Origin: Dehalococcoidia bacterium
GTDB lineage: Bacteria; Chloroflexota; Dehalococcoidia; Lucifugimonadales; UBA3495
Assembly (NCBI GenBank): GCA_963667675.1
Contig: OY763929.1
Location: 814,358 to 878,357 of the forward strand
Direction of reading: 5' to 3'
DNA length: 64,000 nucleotides
The position numbers and the translations under genes are program-made. Each line of letters starts with the position of its first letter. Within the stretch, counting starts at the first letter, position 1. Shown one piece after another: positions 20,088 through 30,020 of this stretch. The notes under the pieces were generated by a model. That model was not told the origin of the DNA, did no database searches, and worked only from the letters and a program-made list of their open reading frames with translations.

Positions 20088-20764
20088 TGCCTGAAACCTA
20101 CGGAGACGACCTGGCCGAGATTGGCTCCCAGGCAATAGAGCAACTGACGCTGCGCAACCAGGCCAGGGAGAAGGCCCTTGCCGCCTCGCGCCAGGTAATT
20201 CGCTATTCGGCCAACGCCATAAGGGCGGTGCACCGGGGAGAGTACGAAGAAGCCCGCAGAGGGATCGAGCAAGCGGGCCTGCGCCTGTCCGAAACGGCGC
20301 CCATACGCCAGGAGAATCCGGAGATATATTTCGCCGGTTTCATGGCCGACGCTCGCAAGGAGTTCAGCGAGGCCAATATCACCCTTGCGTTGATCGAGGG
20401 TGGCCCGATACCGCGGCCGGACGATTTGGGCGTCGACCCCGCCGCTTTTCTCAACGGCATGGCCGACGTGATAGGCGAACTCCGCCGCTACATTCTCGAT
20501 GAACTGCGACGGGACTCCTTCGACCGCTGCCAGGAGTTCATGGGCCTGATGGATGAAATCTACAGCATCCTGATGAGCGTGGACTTCCCCGAGGCGGTCA
20601 CCAGCGGGCTGCGCCACAGCACGGACCAGCAGCGCGGGGTTATAGAGCGGACGCGCGGCGACCTGACCATGGCGTTGCGGCAACGAAACCTGGAGGTCCG
20701 ACTGGCCTTGCGGGAAGATCAACAAACAGGGTCTTCGCAATCGCCGTCGTCGCCCGGCGAGTGA
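20087..20764 (+). CDS. translin-family protein
   Basis: The ATG overlaps the thiE stop (TGATG). FLNGMADVIGELRRYILDEL resembles the translin/TRAX YLxGxxDxxGEL motif. Helical ~225-aa protein. Confidence 0.6.
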   Translation: MPETYGDDLAEIGSQAIEQLTLRNQAREKALAASRQVIRYSANAIRAVHRGEYEEARRGIEQAGLRLSETAPIRQENPEIYFAGFMADARKEFSEANITLALIEGGPIPRPDDLGVDPAAFLNGMADVIGELRRYILDELRRDSFDRCQEFMGLMDEIYSILMSVDFPEAVTSGLRHSTDQQRGVIERTRGDLTMALRQRNLEVRLALREDQQTGSSQSPSSPGE

Positions 20765-20878
20765 TTTCCCTGTCGTTGACTAACAAGGGCGAAGCACCGC
20801 CCTGGCGACCGCCCCAGCGCAATCTAAATTTAAAGAGCGTCCTCCTGAAGAGTGGAGCGTGGGAGAGGAGTAATCAAG

Positions 20879-22402
20879 TTGCATGCTTCAGCACAGACAT
20901 GCGCCGTAATCGGCCTGGACGGCCTGATAGTACGGGTGGAAGTAGACATTTCGCCGGGCCTGCCGGCGTTCAACATCGTCGGCCTTCCGGACACGGCGGT
21001 GCAGGAAGCCAGAGAACGGGTCCGGCCTGCCCTGCGCAACAGCGGGTGCGAGTTTCCGATGCGGCGTATAACAGCCAACCTGGCGCCGGCCGACCTGAAG
21101 AAGGCGGGGCCGGCCTACGACCTCCCGATTGCCGTAGCCATCCTGCTCAGTACGGGTCAACTGGAGACCGTTCCCGATAATGCGATATTCCTGGGTGAGT
21201 TGTCCCTGGACGGCAGCCTCCGCCACACCAACGGAATCCTGGCCATGGTGTCGGTGGCGCGGGAACAGGGTTACACCGAAGCCTACGTTCCGCTGCCCGA
21301 TGCTGCGGAAGCGTCGCTGGTGGAGGGAATCCAGGTATTCCCGGTCCAGAGCCTGGCCTCCCTCATCAGCCACCTGCGACTGGAATCGGCGATAGAGCCC
21401 ATTGCCGGGACTGCGGCCTTGCCGGACGTTTGCCAGCTGCCGCCCGACGGCATGAACCTGCTCAACGTAAGGGGACAAGAGCATGCTAAAAGGGCGCTGG
21501 AAGTGGCCGCTGCCGGGTTCCACAATCTGCTGTTCAACGGACCCCCGGGGAGCGGCAAGACGCTGTTGGCCAGGTGCCTGCCCTCGATTCTGCCCAAGAT
21601 GTCGCCTCAAGAGGCGTTGGAAGTTACCAAAATCTATAGCGTGAGCGGCGCATTGCCCTCAGAAAGCCCGCTGATTTCCCGCCGGCCCTTTCGGTCTCCC
21701 CATTACACAATCTCAAATGCCGGGTTGGTCGGTGGCGGAAAGACCGTGCGGCCGGGGGAAATCACTCTCAGCCACCGGGGTGTGCTGTTCTTGGACGAAC
21801 TCCCGGAGTTCAATCACACCGCCTTGGAATCTTTGAGGCAGCCCCTGGAAGACAAGCTGGTGACCATCAGCCGGGTAAGCGGCTCGGTCACGTACCCCGC
21901 AAGCTTCATGCTGGTGGCGGCCATGAACCCCTGTCCCTGCGGGTTTTATACACACCCGAGCACCGATTGCACCTGTAGCCCTTCCGCCGTCAACCGATAC
22001 CAAAGGCGGGTAAGCGGGCCTCTAATGGACCGCGTCGACGTTTTCGTGGAGGTGCCGCCAGTGGAGTATGAAAAGCTGGTGGAAGAGGAACCGGCGGAGG
22101 ACTCCGAACAGTCGCGGCAACGAGTAGAGCGGGCGCGGCACACCCAACAGCAGCGGTTTAGCGACTGCGATTTTCTCTGCAATTCTGAAATGGGGCCAGC
22201 CGAGGTCTGGAGGTTCTGTACCTTGGACGATACCGCCAAGGGCTTATTGCAGACGGCTACGCACCGGTTGAACCTGTCGGCCAGGGCGTTTCACCGTATT
22301 CTCAAGGTTTCCAGGACCATCGCTGACCTGGAGGACGCTCCGGAGATAACGGTCGCCCACCTAGCTGAGGCCCTGCAGTACCGTTCCAGGGGAGTGGGCT
22401 AA
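20879..22402 (+). CDS. comM: Mg-chelatase-like AAA+ protein ComM/YifB
   Basis: Lon-like N-domain, Walker A LFNGPPGSGKTLLA, and C-terminal ChlI-associated domain. TTG 20879 follows GGAGAGGAG; the ORF opens at 20852. Confidence 0.9.
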   Translation: MHASAQTCAVIGLDGLIVRVEVDISPGLPAFNIVGLPDTAVQEARERVRPALRNSGCEFPMRRITANLAPADLKKAGPAYDLPIAVAILLSTGQLETVPDNAIFLGELSLDGSLRHTNGILAMVSVAREQGYTEAYVPLPDAAEASLVEGIQVFPVQSLASLISHLRLESAIEPIAGTAALPDVCQLPPDGMNLLNVRGQEHAKRALEVAAAGFHNLLFNGPPGSGKTLLARCLPSILPKMSPQEALEVTKIYSVSGALPSESPLISRRPFRSPHYTISNAGLVGGGKTVRPGEITLSHRGVLFLDELPEFNHTALESLRQPLEDKLVTISRVSGSVTYPASFMLVAAMNPCPCGFYTHPSTDCTCSPSAVNRYQRRVSGPLMDRVDVFVEVPPVEYEKLVEEEPAEDSEQSRQRVERARHTQQQRFSDCDFLCNSEMGPAEVWRFCTLDDTAKGLLQTATHRLNLSARAFHRILKVSRTIADLEDAPEITVAHLAEALQYRSRGVG

Positions 22403-22536
22403 CCTGCTCCTACCCTGATACCGGAGCCGGGGGCCTGTTGTGACGGGTCCGTGATGCCTGTCGCGGTTGGCGCCCGGCGGCGCTGTATCGCCCCTGCGAC
22501 ACCCGTTCGTATGCCTCGCGCCCCGGCCCGCTAACC

Positions 22537-22565
22537 TTGACACGGATAGTGCTTCTGGTTAGGAT
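22537..22565 (+). promoter_or_regulatory. candidate sigma-70-type promoter upstream of rny
   Basis: TTGACA, 17-nt spacer, TAGGAT, about 60 nt upstream of the rny start. Confidence 0.3.
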
Positions 22566-22627
22566 AGGTGAATCTAAATAGGGCCCAAAAATGAGGGTCC
22601 AAATAGGCGGAAGGAACGGGTGATACC

Positions 22628-24136
22628 TTGAAGATTAACTTCCTGACCGCCATCGCGGCAATATGGAACGGGGTATTCGGCAGAGGCCCATCGGGCCAAC
22701 AGCAGGTACAAAACGCCAGCGAAGTAGCCAAGAGCATAGTCGAGGAGGCCGAGGAGGAAAAGCGCAAACTTCTCCTGACTGCACAAGAAGAGGCGTTGAA
22801 GCAGCGCACAGCTGCCGAAGCGGAGTTGAAGGAACGGCGCCAGGAACTCAACCAGATGGAGCGCCGGCACCTCCAACGCGAGGAGCAGCTCGAGAAGAAA
22901 ATCAACGCTCAGGAAGAGCAGCAGCGCGCTCTAGCCGTCAAAGAAGCCGAGGCTGATCAGGCCATCCAGCAGGCGGAAAGCCTGAAGGACGAGCAGCGGC
23001 AAAGGCTGGAAGAAATAGCTCAACTCTCGGTATCCGACGCTCGCCAAATGGTCGTCAAGCAGGGCGAAGAAGAAGCCCGGCTGGACCTGGCCAAGCGGTA
23101 CTACGAGCTGGAGTCTGAGTTCAAGACCAAGGCCGAGGACAACGCCCGGCAAATCATTACCACGGCGATCAATCGTCTGGCTACTGACGTGGTCTCCGAG
23201 GCAACCACTTCTGCTGTACCCCTGCCCAACGATGAGATGAAAGGCCGTCTCATTGGCCGTGAAGGGCGGAACATAAGAACCCTGGAATCCCTTACCGGCG
23301 TGGACGTCATCATTGACGACACCCCGGAGGTCGTTACCGTATCTTGCTTTGACCCCATCAGGCGGGAGGTCGCGAAGCTTGCCCTGGAAAAGCTCATCGC
23401 CGACGGCCGTATTCAGCCCGCCCGTATCGAGGACATGGTCAATCGAGCCCGGGAAGAGATCGAACAGGCCGTATGGCAGGCCGGAGAACAGGCGACCTTC
23501 GAGGTCGGCGTCAGCGGCTTGGACGCGGACCTGATCAGGCTCCTGGGGCAGCTAAAGTACCGTTACAGCTACGGCGAGAACGTTCTCAAGCATTCCATAG
23601 AGGTAGCATTGCTTTCCGGGATGCTGGCCGCCGAGGCAGGCGCGGACGTACAAATCGCCAAGACCGCTGGTCTGCTCCACGACATCGGGAAGGCCCTAAC
23701 CCACGAGGTGCCCGGCCCCCACGCGGAGATTGGAGCCGACATCGCCACCAAACATGGCATCAACTACAACTCCGTGCGCGGCATCCTGGAACATCACAGC
23801 GACGAGCACGAGACTATCGAGTCGTTCTTGGTCGCATCGGCCGACGCCCTCAGCGCCGCCCGCCCGGGAGCGCGCAAAGAGTCGGCTGAATTGTACGTGA
23901 AGCGGCTGCAAGACCTGGAGAACGTAGCCACCGGCTTTGGCGGCGTGGAAAGGGCTTTCGCCATCGAGGCCGGTCGAGAGGTCCGGGTCATGGTGAAGCC
24001 GGAAGACCTGAACGACGTGGAAGCGGCCTCTTTGGCCAGGAATATCGCCAAGAAAGTCGAGGAAGACTTGGTGTTTCCCGGCCAAATCAAGGTCACTGTC
24101 ATCCGGGAGCTCCGTAACATAGAATACGCCCGGTAG
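22628..24136 (+). CDS. rny: ribonuclease Y
   Basis: N-terminal TM/coiled-coil, KH domain (GRLIGREGRNIRTLESLTGVDVIIDD), HD domain (LLHDIGKA). Confidence 0.9.
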   Translation: MKINFLTAIAAIWNGVFGRGPSGQQQVQNASEVAKSIVEEAEEEKRKLLLTAQEEALKQRTAAEAELKERRQELNQMERRHLQREEQLEKKINAQEEQQRALAVKEAEADQAIQQAESLKDEQRQRLEEIAQLSVSDARQMVVKQGEEEARLDLAKRYYELESEFKTKAEDNARQIITTAINRLATDVVSEATTSAVPLPNDEMKGRLIGREGRNIRTLESLTGVDVIIDDTPEVVTVSCFDPIRREVAKLALEKLIADGRIQPARIEDMVNRAREEIEQAVWQAGEQATFEVGVSGLDADLIRLLGQLKYRYSYGENVLKHSIEVALLSGMLAAEAGADVQIAKTAGLLHDIGKALTHEVPGPHAEIGADIATKHGINYNSVRGILEHHSDEHETIESFLVASADALSAARPGARKESAELYVKRLQDLENVATGFGGVERAFAIEAGREVRVMVKPEDLNDVEAASLARNIAKKVEEDLVFPGQIKVTVIRELRNIEYAR

Positions 24137-24310
24137 CATAGCCGCCGGCTTCCCAATTCCGGCTATTGGCCGACTGACGCAGGCGCGCGCCTTCAGGGCC
24201 GGCTACCGAGAACGGAAGAGGGCCACAAATATCTGGGACTCAAATGGACGGGGGGATCCAGAGCCGGTGTAACCGGAAGATCGGGTCCCCTCCGTGTTAA
24301 GGGGCATCCG

Positions 24311-25081
24311 TTGCGTATATTGATGATCGGCGACGTCATCGGCAAGCCGGGGCGCCGCGCCGTCAAACACCTGCTCCCGGAGATGCGCTCCGAGCACGGG
24401 ATAGACATGGTAATCGCCAACGGCGAGAACACCGCCGGCGGCTTCGGCCTCACCCTGGACACGGCCAGCGAATTGCTGGACAGCGGGGTGGACATCCTGA
24501 CGTCGGGCAACCACATCTGGGACCAGAAAGAGATTATTCCCTACATGGATGAGGGCCTTCCGTTGATCAGGCCCGCCAACTATCCCGACGCTCCCGGCCG
24601 CGGCAGCCTGGTGCAAGACAACGTTCTGGTAGTCAACCTGATGGGCCGGACGTTTATGCCGGCCTTGGACTGTCCCTTTCGTACTGCCGACCAGATTTTG
24701 GAACAGGCCGCGGGCCCTGAACGGCCGCCGGTGGTTATCGTGGACTTTCATGCCGAGGCAACGTCGGAGAAGCAGGCCATGGGCTGGTACCTGGACGGCA
24801 GGGCCAGCGGCGTGGTCGGCACCCACACCCACGTGGGTACGGTGGACTGCCGGGTGCTGCCCAACGGCACCGCCTACGTCAGCGACGTTGGAATGACCGG
24901 GCCCACTAACTCGGTCATTGGCAGCGAGACAGAGGCTGTGCTGCAGCGATTCCTGACCGGCCTGCCCCAAAGGCTGCCCGTGGCCGACGGGCCGGTGGCG
25001 TTGAACTCTGTGCTGCTGGAAATCGAGGAAGACACGGGGAAGGCGTTGTCCATAGAACGCCTGGACGTGACGCTCAACTAG
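24311..25081 (+). CDS. ymdB: YmdB-family metallophosphoesterase (2',3'-cyclic-nucleotide phosphodiesterase)
   Basis: MRILMIGDVIGKPGRRAV and NGENTAGGFG motifs. Conserved rny-ymdB synteny. Confidence 0.85.
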   Translation: MRILMIGDVIGKPGRRAVKHLLPEMRSEHGIDMVIANGENTAGGFGLTLDTASELLDSGVDILTSGNHIWDQKEIIPYMDEGLPLIRPANYPDAPGRGSLVQDNVLVVNLMGRTFMPALDCPFRTADQILEQAAGPERPPVVIVDFHAEATSEKQAMGWYLDGRASGVVGTHTHVGTVDCRVLPNGTAYVSDVGMTGPTNSVIGSETEAVLQRFLTGLPQRLPVADGPVALNSVLLEIEEDTGKALSIERLDVTLN

Positions 25082-25082
25082 C

Positions 25083-25934
25083 ATGTCAGCGACAGTGGAC
25101 CTGCACCTGCACACCACGGCCTCCGACGGCCGTCTGTCCCCCACGGAACTGGTTAGACTGGCTGCAGACTTGGGACTGAGGCAGATTGCCATCTCGGACC
25201 ACGATACGACCGAGGGCCTGGATGAGGTGTTTCAGGAAGCCCACTCGCATTCCGGGCTCAGCATCATTCCGGCAATAGAGTTGAGCACCGACATACCGGG
25301 CGATGAAATCCACATGCTGGGTTACTTCATCCAATACCAGGATGAGGCATTCCAGGAAGTCCTGCGCGGGTTTCGAGAGGGGAGGATAGACCGGGCCCGG
25401 CTGATGGTAGAGAAGCTGGCCGGGCTGGGGATGCAGTTGGAGTGGGATCGGGTCCAGGAAATAGCCGGCGACGGCGCAGTCGGCCGTCCCCACATTGCTC
25501 TTGCCATGGTGGAGAAGGGTTACTGCAAGGAGCCCAACGACGCTTTCCCTGAGTACCTGGGACGGGACGGACTGGCCTACGTCGAACGGGCGAAGTTGAC
25601 TCCCTCAGAGGCGATCGAACTGTTGAGGGGCGCCGGCGGGGCACCGGTGCTAGCCCACCCGGCCTACCTGTCCAACCTGGAGTCTCACCTTCCCGGGTTG
25701 AAAGCCGCCGGTCTGGCTGGCATGGAGGTCCATTACGCCAAGTTCACCCCGGAGCAGGTGGAATACCTGGGGCGCCTGGCTGCCGAGTATGACCTGATTC
25801 CCTGCGGCGGCAGCGATTACCACGGGTTGGGCAACTCGGACGACGCTCTGCCCGGCGCCAACGGCCCTCCTCCAGGCACGGTGGAGCGGCTGGAGGAAGC
25901 TGCCAAGGCAACCGCGTCGAGCAACCGGAGCTAA
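25083..25934 (+). CDS. PHP-domain phosphoesterase (TrpH/YciV-like)
   Basis: VDLHLHTTASDGRLSP N-terminal PHP motif; GGSDYHG near the C-terminus. Confidence 0.8.
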   Translation: MSATVDLHLHTTASDGRLSPTELVRLAADLGLRQIAISDHDTTEGLDEVFQEAHSHSGLSIIPAIELSTDIPGDEIHMLGYFIQYQDEAFQEVLRGFREGRIDRARLMVEKLAGLGMQLEWDRVQEIAGDGAVGRPHIALAMVEKGYCKEPNDAFPEYLGRDGLAYVERAKLTPSEAIELLRGAGGAPVLAHPAYLSNLESHLPGLKAAGLAGMEVHYAKFTPEQVEYLGRLAAEYDLIPCGGSDYHGLGNSDDALPGANGPPPGTVERLEEAAKATASSNRS

Positions 25935-25958
25935 CCAGATCCAGGGCGGGCTGCACTG

Positions 25959-26645
25959 ATGGAAATCGCGGGGTTGTACGTCCTGGCGTATCTCCTGGGC
26001 GGAGTACCCACCGCCTTTGTCCTGGGGAAGCTGGTCAAGGGCGTGGACATCCGCGGCTACGGCAGTGGGAACGTGGGCGGCTCCAACGTGTTCTACCACG
26101 TAGGCAAGCGCTGGGGGGTGCTTGTTGCAGTACTAGAGATCGTGGTCAAAGGCGCGCTGCCGGTGTACATCGGGCAATACGCGCTGGGGCTGGACCGCTC
26201 TTCGCCTCTCCTCGTTGGAGTCCCATTGTTGGCAGTTGCCGGCCACAATTGGTCTCCATACCTGAAGTTTCAAGGCGGTCGGGGTGTCGGCGTGGTCGTT
26301 GGCACCCTGTTTGCCATGTCGCCATGGTTGTTTCTGGCATTTATGGCGGTGGGATTACCAGGGTGGGCGGTGACTCGCAGCATGGGCGTATGGGTGCTGA
26401 TCACGCTGACGTTGCTGCCGCTCTGGGCGGTGCTGCTTGCCGTTCTGCGCGACGAGCCGACTGTGTTAAGCTTTTATTGCGTGGGATTGCTGGGGTTGGT
26501 CGTGGCCAAGCGGCTGCTTTCCAACTGGACGCCCTTGCCGGAGGGGTCGCGCAAGCGCAGGGTCTTGTTCAACCGGCTGTTCAGGGACAGGGATGTGGAC
26601 GACCGCGCAGAATGGGTGCACCGGATTCCCAGGAGTAGCGAGTAG
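25959..26645 (+). CDS. plsY: glycerol-3-phosphate acyltransferase PlsY family (paralogue 1)
   Basis: GSGNVGGSNV motif and multi-TM profile. Has a C-terminal basic extension. Confidence 0.75.
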   Translation: MEIAGLYVLAYLLGGVPTAFVLGKLVKGVDIRGYGSGNVGGSNVFYHVGKRWGVLVAVLEIVVKGALPVYIGQYALGLDRSSPLLVGVPLLAVAGHNWSPYLKFQGGRGVGVVVGTLFAMSPWLFLAFMAVGLPGWAVTRSMGVWVLITLTLLPLWAVLLAVLRDEPTVLSFYCVGLLGLVVAKRLLSNWTPLPEGSRKRRVLFNRLFRDRDVDDRAEWVHRIPRSSE

Positions 26646-26668
26646 AGTAGCGGTCTAGGCCAAGGGAT

Positions 26669-27184
26669 ATGGACCAATCAGGGCAGAGAGAGCAAGAACG
26701 AACCGGGACCGGCTACTGCCACTGGCACCCGGCGGCTGAGACCGGCCTGTATTGCAGCCAGTGCGGCAAGCATATCTGCACCCAGTGCATGGTGCAGGCG
26801 GCGGTGGGCATCCGTTGCCGGGAGTGCGGCAAGGCGGTGCCGTTGCCGACGTTCGACGTTACGCCCTCCTACTATGCCAGGGCGATAGGCGTTGCGGTTG
26901 CGGGAGGCATAGCCGGCGGGCTGCTGTGGGCCCTGTTCAACGCTGTATTTGGCGGGATTCCCTTTCTTCCTTCCCTGGCTACGATTGCCGTCGGCTACGG
27001 GCTTGGAGAGCTAATCAGCCTGGCCGTCAACCGCAAGCGAGGGTCAGGACTGGCCTGGATTGCAGGCGGATCCGTGGCCCTGGCCTTCATCATTAGTTGG
27101 AGCATTAACCCGTTCCCGCTGAGCGTCTTCTCGTTCTTGTTCCTGGGGATCGGGGTCTACAGCGCGGTGATGCGGGTTCGCTAA
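26669..27184 (+). CDS. membrane protein with N-terminal B-box/zinc-ribbon-like Cys cluster
   Basis: CHWH...CSQCGKHICTQC...CRECG followed by ~4 hydrophobic helices. Confidence 0.5.
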   Translation: MDQSGQREQERTGTGYCHWHPAAETGLYCSQCGKHICTQCMVQAAVGIRCRECGKAVPLPTFDVTPSYYARAIGVAVAGGIAGGLLWALFNAVFGGIPFLPSLATIAVGYGLGELISLAVNRKRGSGLAWIAGGSVALAFIISWSINPFPLSVFSFLFLGIGVYSAVMRVR

Positions 27185-27769
27185 CTCCCGCCACAGCAGG
27201 CTGACCACATTGGATATTGTGGACCCATCGAAGCCGCGGCGCTGCAGATGACGCCAGACTTTGGTCCGGAACGCGGGATAGTCGCAGTCGTTCAAACGCT
27301 GGGCCAGGCGTAGGGCGGCGCGGTAGGCGTTGCCGGCGGCGTCATAGCCGGCCAAGGCTTCCTGGACAATCTCCCTCTCCACGCCCTTGCGTAGAAGCTC
27401 GCGTTCCAAGGCCCTTCGGCTGCGGGGACGATGCTCCTCCCGGCTGCGACGCCACTCCAGGGCGAAGGCGGCGTCGTCCAGGTAGCCCTGGTCTACAAGC
27501 CGTACAAGCGCCTGCTCTACGACCGGCGAGGGGTAGCTTTTCTCCAACCGGCGTTGAAGTTCGGCCCTGCTCCGGGCGCGGTAAGAAAGCAGGCGTAGAG
27601 CGTCTTGCCTGGCCTTGTTCAGGGAAGGTCCGATGGCGGGTCTTGGGGCATCTGTCAGCGATGGCCGGATTGGACTGGGGGAATCGGCAACCTCGTCCCA
27701 TTCACCACTCTGCACTTGCCAACACCCCGCCAATCCGGCCAAACCGCTCAAGATGGTATGCGCTCCCAT
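27044..27769 (-). CDS. recX: recombination regulator RecX
   Basis: Three-helix repeat pattern (ALRLLSYRARSRAELQRRL, GYLDDAAFA, ALERELLRKGV) directly downstream of recA. The 3-prime 141 nt overlap the convergent gene 26669..27184. Confidence 0.8.
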   Translation of the reverse strand: MGAHTILSGLAGLAGCWQVQSGEWDEVADSPSPIRPSLTDAPRPAIGPSLNKARQDALRLLSYRARSRAELQRRLEKSYPSPVVEQALVRLVDQGYLDDAAFALEWRRSREEHRPRSRRALERELLRKGVEREIVQEALAGYDAAGNAYRAALRLAQRLNDCDYPAFRTKVWRHLQRRGFDGSTISNVVSLLWRELANPHHRAVDPDPQEQEREDAQRERVNAPTNDEGQGHGSACNPGQS

Positions 27770-27816
27770 AGGCCATTACCGGGCCCGTGGAGACGCTAAC
27801 CCAATGGTGGAATTAT

Positions 27817-28887
27817 TCAGTCGAGTTCGGAAGCCCCGGCTACCATGCTGCCGGCGCCATCCTGCTCGGGCTCGGCAGGGCCTTGGTCCGGCTCTTCCGC
27901 GCCGGACAACGTCCCCCGCACTCGCCCTTCGATGGAATCGGCAATCTCCGGGTGATGAGTCAGGAAGTCCTTGGAGTTCTCCCGTCCCTGGCCCAGCTTG
28001 GTCTCGCCGTAGGAGTAGAAGGCGCCGGACTTCTTGACGATCCCCTGGGCCACACCCAGGTCCAGAAGGCCGCCCATCTTGCTGATTCCCCGGCTGAACA
28101 TGATGTCAAACTCGGCCACGCGGAAGGGAGCGGCGACCTTGTTTTTGACGATGCGGGCCCTTACCCGGTTGCCGACAATCTCTGCGCCCTGCTTTATGGC
28201 TTCGACGCGGCGCAGGTCTATGCGCACCGAACTGTAGAACTTGAGGGCCCGGCCTCCGGGGGTCACCTCCGGGCTTCCGTAGGAAATGCCGATTTTTTCC
28301 CGCAACTGGTTGATGAATATGACCGCGGTGCGGGAGCGGTGAATGGTGGAGGTGAGCTTCCGCAGGGCCTGGGACATCAGCCTCGCTTGCAGTCCCACGT
28401 GGGTGTCGCCCATATCCCCTTCGATCTCGGCCTGGGGCACCAGGGCGGCGACGCTGTCGATGACTATCGCGTCCACCGCGCCGCTGCGGACCAACTGCTC
28501 TGTGATATCCATGGCCTGCTCGGCGCTGTCGGGCTGGGCGATAAGAAGCTGCTCGGCGTCGAGGCCGCAATTGGCGGCGTAACCGGGGTCGAGGGCATGC
28601 TCCACGTCGACGTAGGCGGCGGTCCCGCCCGCTTTCTGGGTTTCCGCCATTACGTGGATTGCCAAAGTGGACTTGCCGGCGGACTCTGCGCCGAAGATTT
28701 CGGTGACCCTCCCCCTGGGGATGCCGCCAATGCCCAGGGCCATGTCCAGGGCCAGGGAACCGGTGGGAATGGCGTCGCCGGCCATTTGGTCGCTCATTTC
28801 CCCCAACCGCATCACGGCCCCCCTGCCGTAGTCCTTTTCAATGCGGCCCAAGGCGATTTCCAACGCTGTCTGCTTGTCTTGTTCCAT
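27817..28887 (-). CDS. recA: recombinase RecA
   Basis: Walker [12 protein letters not shown] and canonical RecA core. ATG 28887 follows GAGGAGG; the ORF opens at GTG 28902. Confidence 0.97.
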   Translation of the reverse strand: MEQDKQTALEIALGRIEKDYGRGAVMRLGEMSDQMAGDAIPTGSLALDMALGIGGIPRGRVTEIFGAESAGKSTLAIHVMAETQKAGGTAAYVDVEHALDPGYAANCGLDAEQLLIAQPDSAEQAMDITEQLVRSGAVDAIVIDSVAALVPQAEIEGDMGDTHVGLQARLMSQALRKLTSTIHRSRTAVIFINQLREKIGISYGSPEVTPGGRALKFYSSVRIDLRRVEAIKQGAEIVGNRVRARIVKNKVAAPFRVAEFDIMFSRGISKMGGLLDLGVAQGIVKKSGAFYSYGETKLGQGRENSKDFLTHHPEIADSIEGRVRGTLSGAEEPDQGPAEPEQDGAGSMVAGASELD

Positions 28888-29057
28888 AACTATCCTCCTC
28901 ACATCATCAGTCTCGTTGGCTCATGACAGCATCCTAGCACAGCCGCGTGGGAGCGGCCAATGGGGGTTCTGTCATCAAAATTCGACCGGATGGGTCGAGG
29001 GACAGGGAAAGGGGGCGCGGGGGAATGGGCGGGTCTAACTGACCCGGGCTAGAAGTC

Positions 29058-29288
29058 TCAATAGCCGCCTTTGAAGCCCACGGTCACCTGGCCGTTTTCG
29101 ACGATGACCGGCGTGAGCCGCTGCCCGCCGGTGAGTTGCTCCAATTCAGGGACTTTGTCCGTCTGCTTGGAGACATCTATCTCGACGTATTCGATTTTCC
29201 GCTGGCGGTAGTCCATCTTGGCGGCGGCCGAGAAGGCGCAGTCTGGATGGGTGTAGATTAAGACCGGGACTTGGTTCTCTTCCGTCAC
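29058..29288 (-). CDS. glutaredoxin-like small thioredoxin-fold protein (CxxS)
   Basis: 76 aa; VLIYTHPDCAFSAAAK active-site region; GGAGGA SD before the GTG start. Confidence 0.7.
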   Translation of the reverse strand: MTEENQVPVLIYTHPDCAFSAAAKMDYRQRKIEYVEIDVSKQTDKVPELEQLTGGQRLTPVIVENGQVTVGFKGGY

Positions 29289-29333
29289 AACGCATTCCTC
29301 CGGCGGTCCTGCTGTATGGTCTGATTGTACTGG

Positions 29334-30005
29334 TTAACTGTTTTCCGTGGTAGCCGTTCCCAAGTCCGGTTCTTCGGCAAAGTCCAGGTCTGCGGCCAGC
29401 GAGTCCTGTTCTTGCAGGTCGTCGCCTTTACGCCTGGGAAAAACAAGGCTATGAAAGAGCACCAAGAGACCCAGGGCCGTTAGTCCCATGACAACGCCCA
29501 GGTCTGCTTGGTAAAACCGGCCCGCGGCCAGGATGACCATGAAGCAGACGGCCAGCGCGGCGGGCCCGCGCAGGGATGACCGCCACAGCAGCAGCAGAAC
29601 GCAAGCGCCGGCTATAGCGCCCAAGACCGTCAAGACCGGCTCCAGGGTCACGGCGACTCCCATCAGCGCAGCCATGCCGTCGCCGCCCCTGAAACGGGAA
29701 AAGACCGAGTTCCAGTGGCCCAGCACGCAGGCTCCCCCTACGGCCAGGACCAGCGGCCACGGCAGGCCCAGGTACTGGGCGAATAGCACGGCGGCCGAGG
29801 CTTTGGCCACGTCGCCCACCAGTACGGCTATGCCCACGCGGCGGCCGACATTCCAGAACACGTTGGCGGTGCCGGCGCTGCGGGAGCCGGTGCGGAAGAC
29901 GTCCACACCCCGGAACTTGCCGGCGAGGAGGGCGAAGGGGATGGACCCCAGCAGATAGCCGGCCAGCGCGGCGGCTATGAACGACGGCAGCAGGGGGAAC
30001 TCCAA
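29334..30005 (-). CDS. glycerol-3-phosphate acyltransferase PlsY family (paralogue 2)
   Basis: GSRSAGTANV motif, multi-TM, acidic C-terminal tail. TTG start. Confidence 0.7.
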   Translation of the reverse strand: MEFPLLPSFIAAALAGYLLGSIPFALLAGKFRGVDVFRTGSRSAGTANVFWNVGRRVGIAVLVGDVAKASAAVLFAQYLGLPWPLVLAVGGACVLGHWNSVFSRFRGGDGMAALMGVAVTLEPVLTVLGAIAGACVLLLLWRSSLRGPAALAVCFMVILAAGRFYQADLGVVMGLTALGLLVLFHSLVFPRRKGDDLQEQDSLAADLDFAEEPDLGTATTENS

Positions 30006-30020
30006 CTTATCCGACCCTCT

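Noticed and set aside
28888-29057. SOS/LexA box upstream of recA.
   Set aside because: No GAAC-N4-GTTC or CTGT-N8-ACAG-type palindrome. Only a weak 7-bp inverted repeat (atgacag/ctgtcat) separated by ~37 nt, too far apart for a LexA site.
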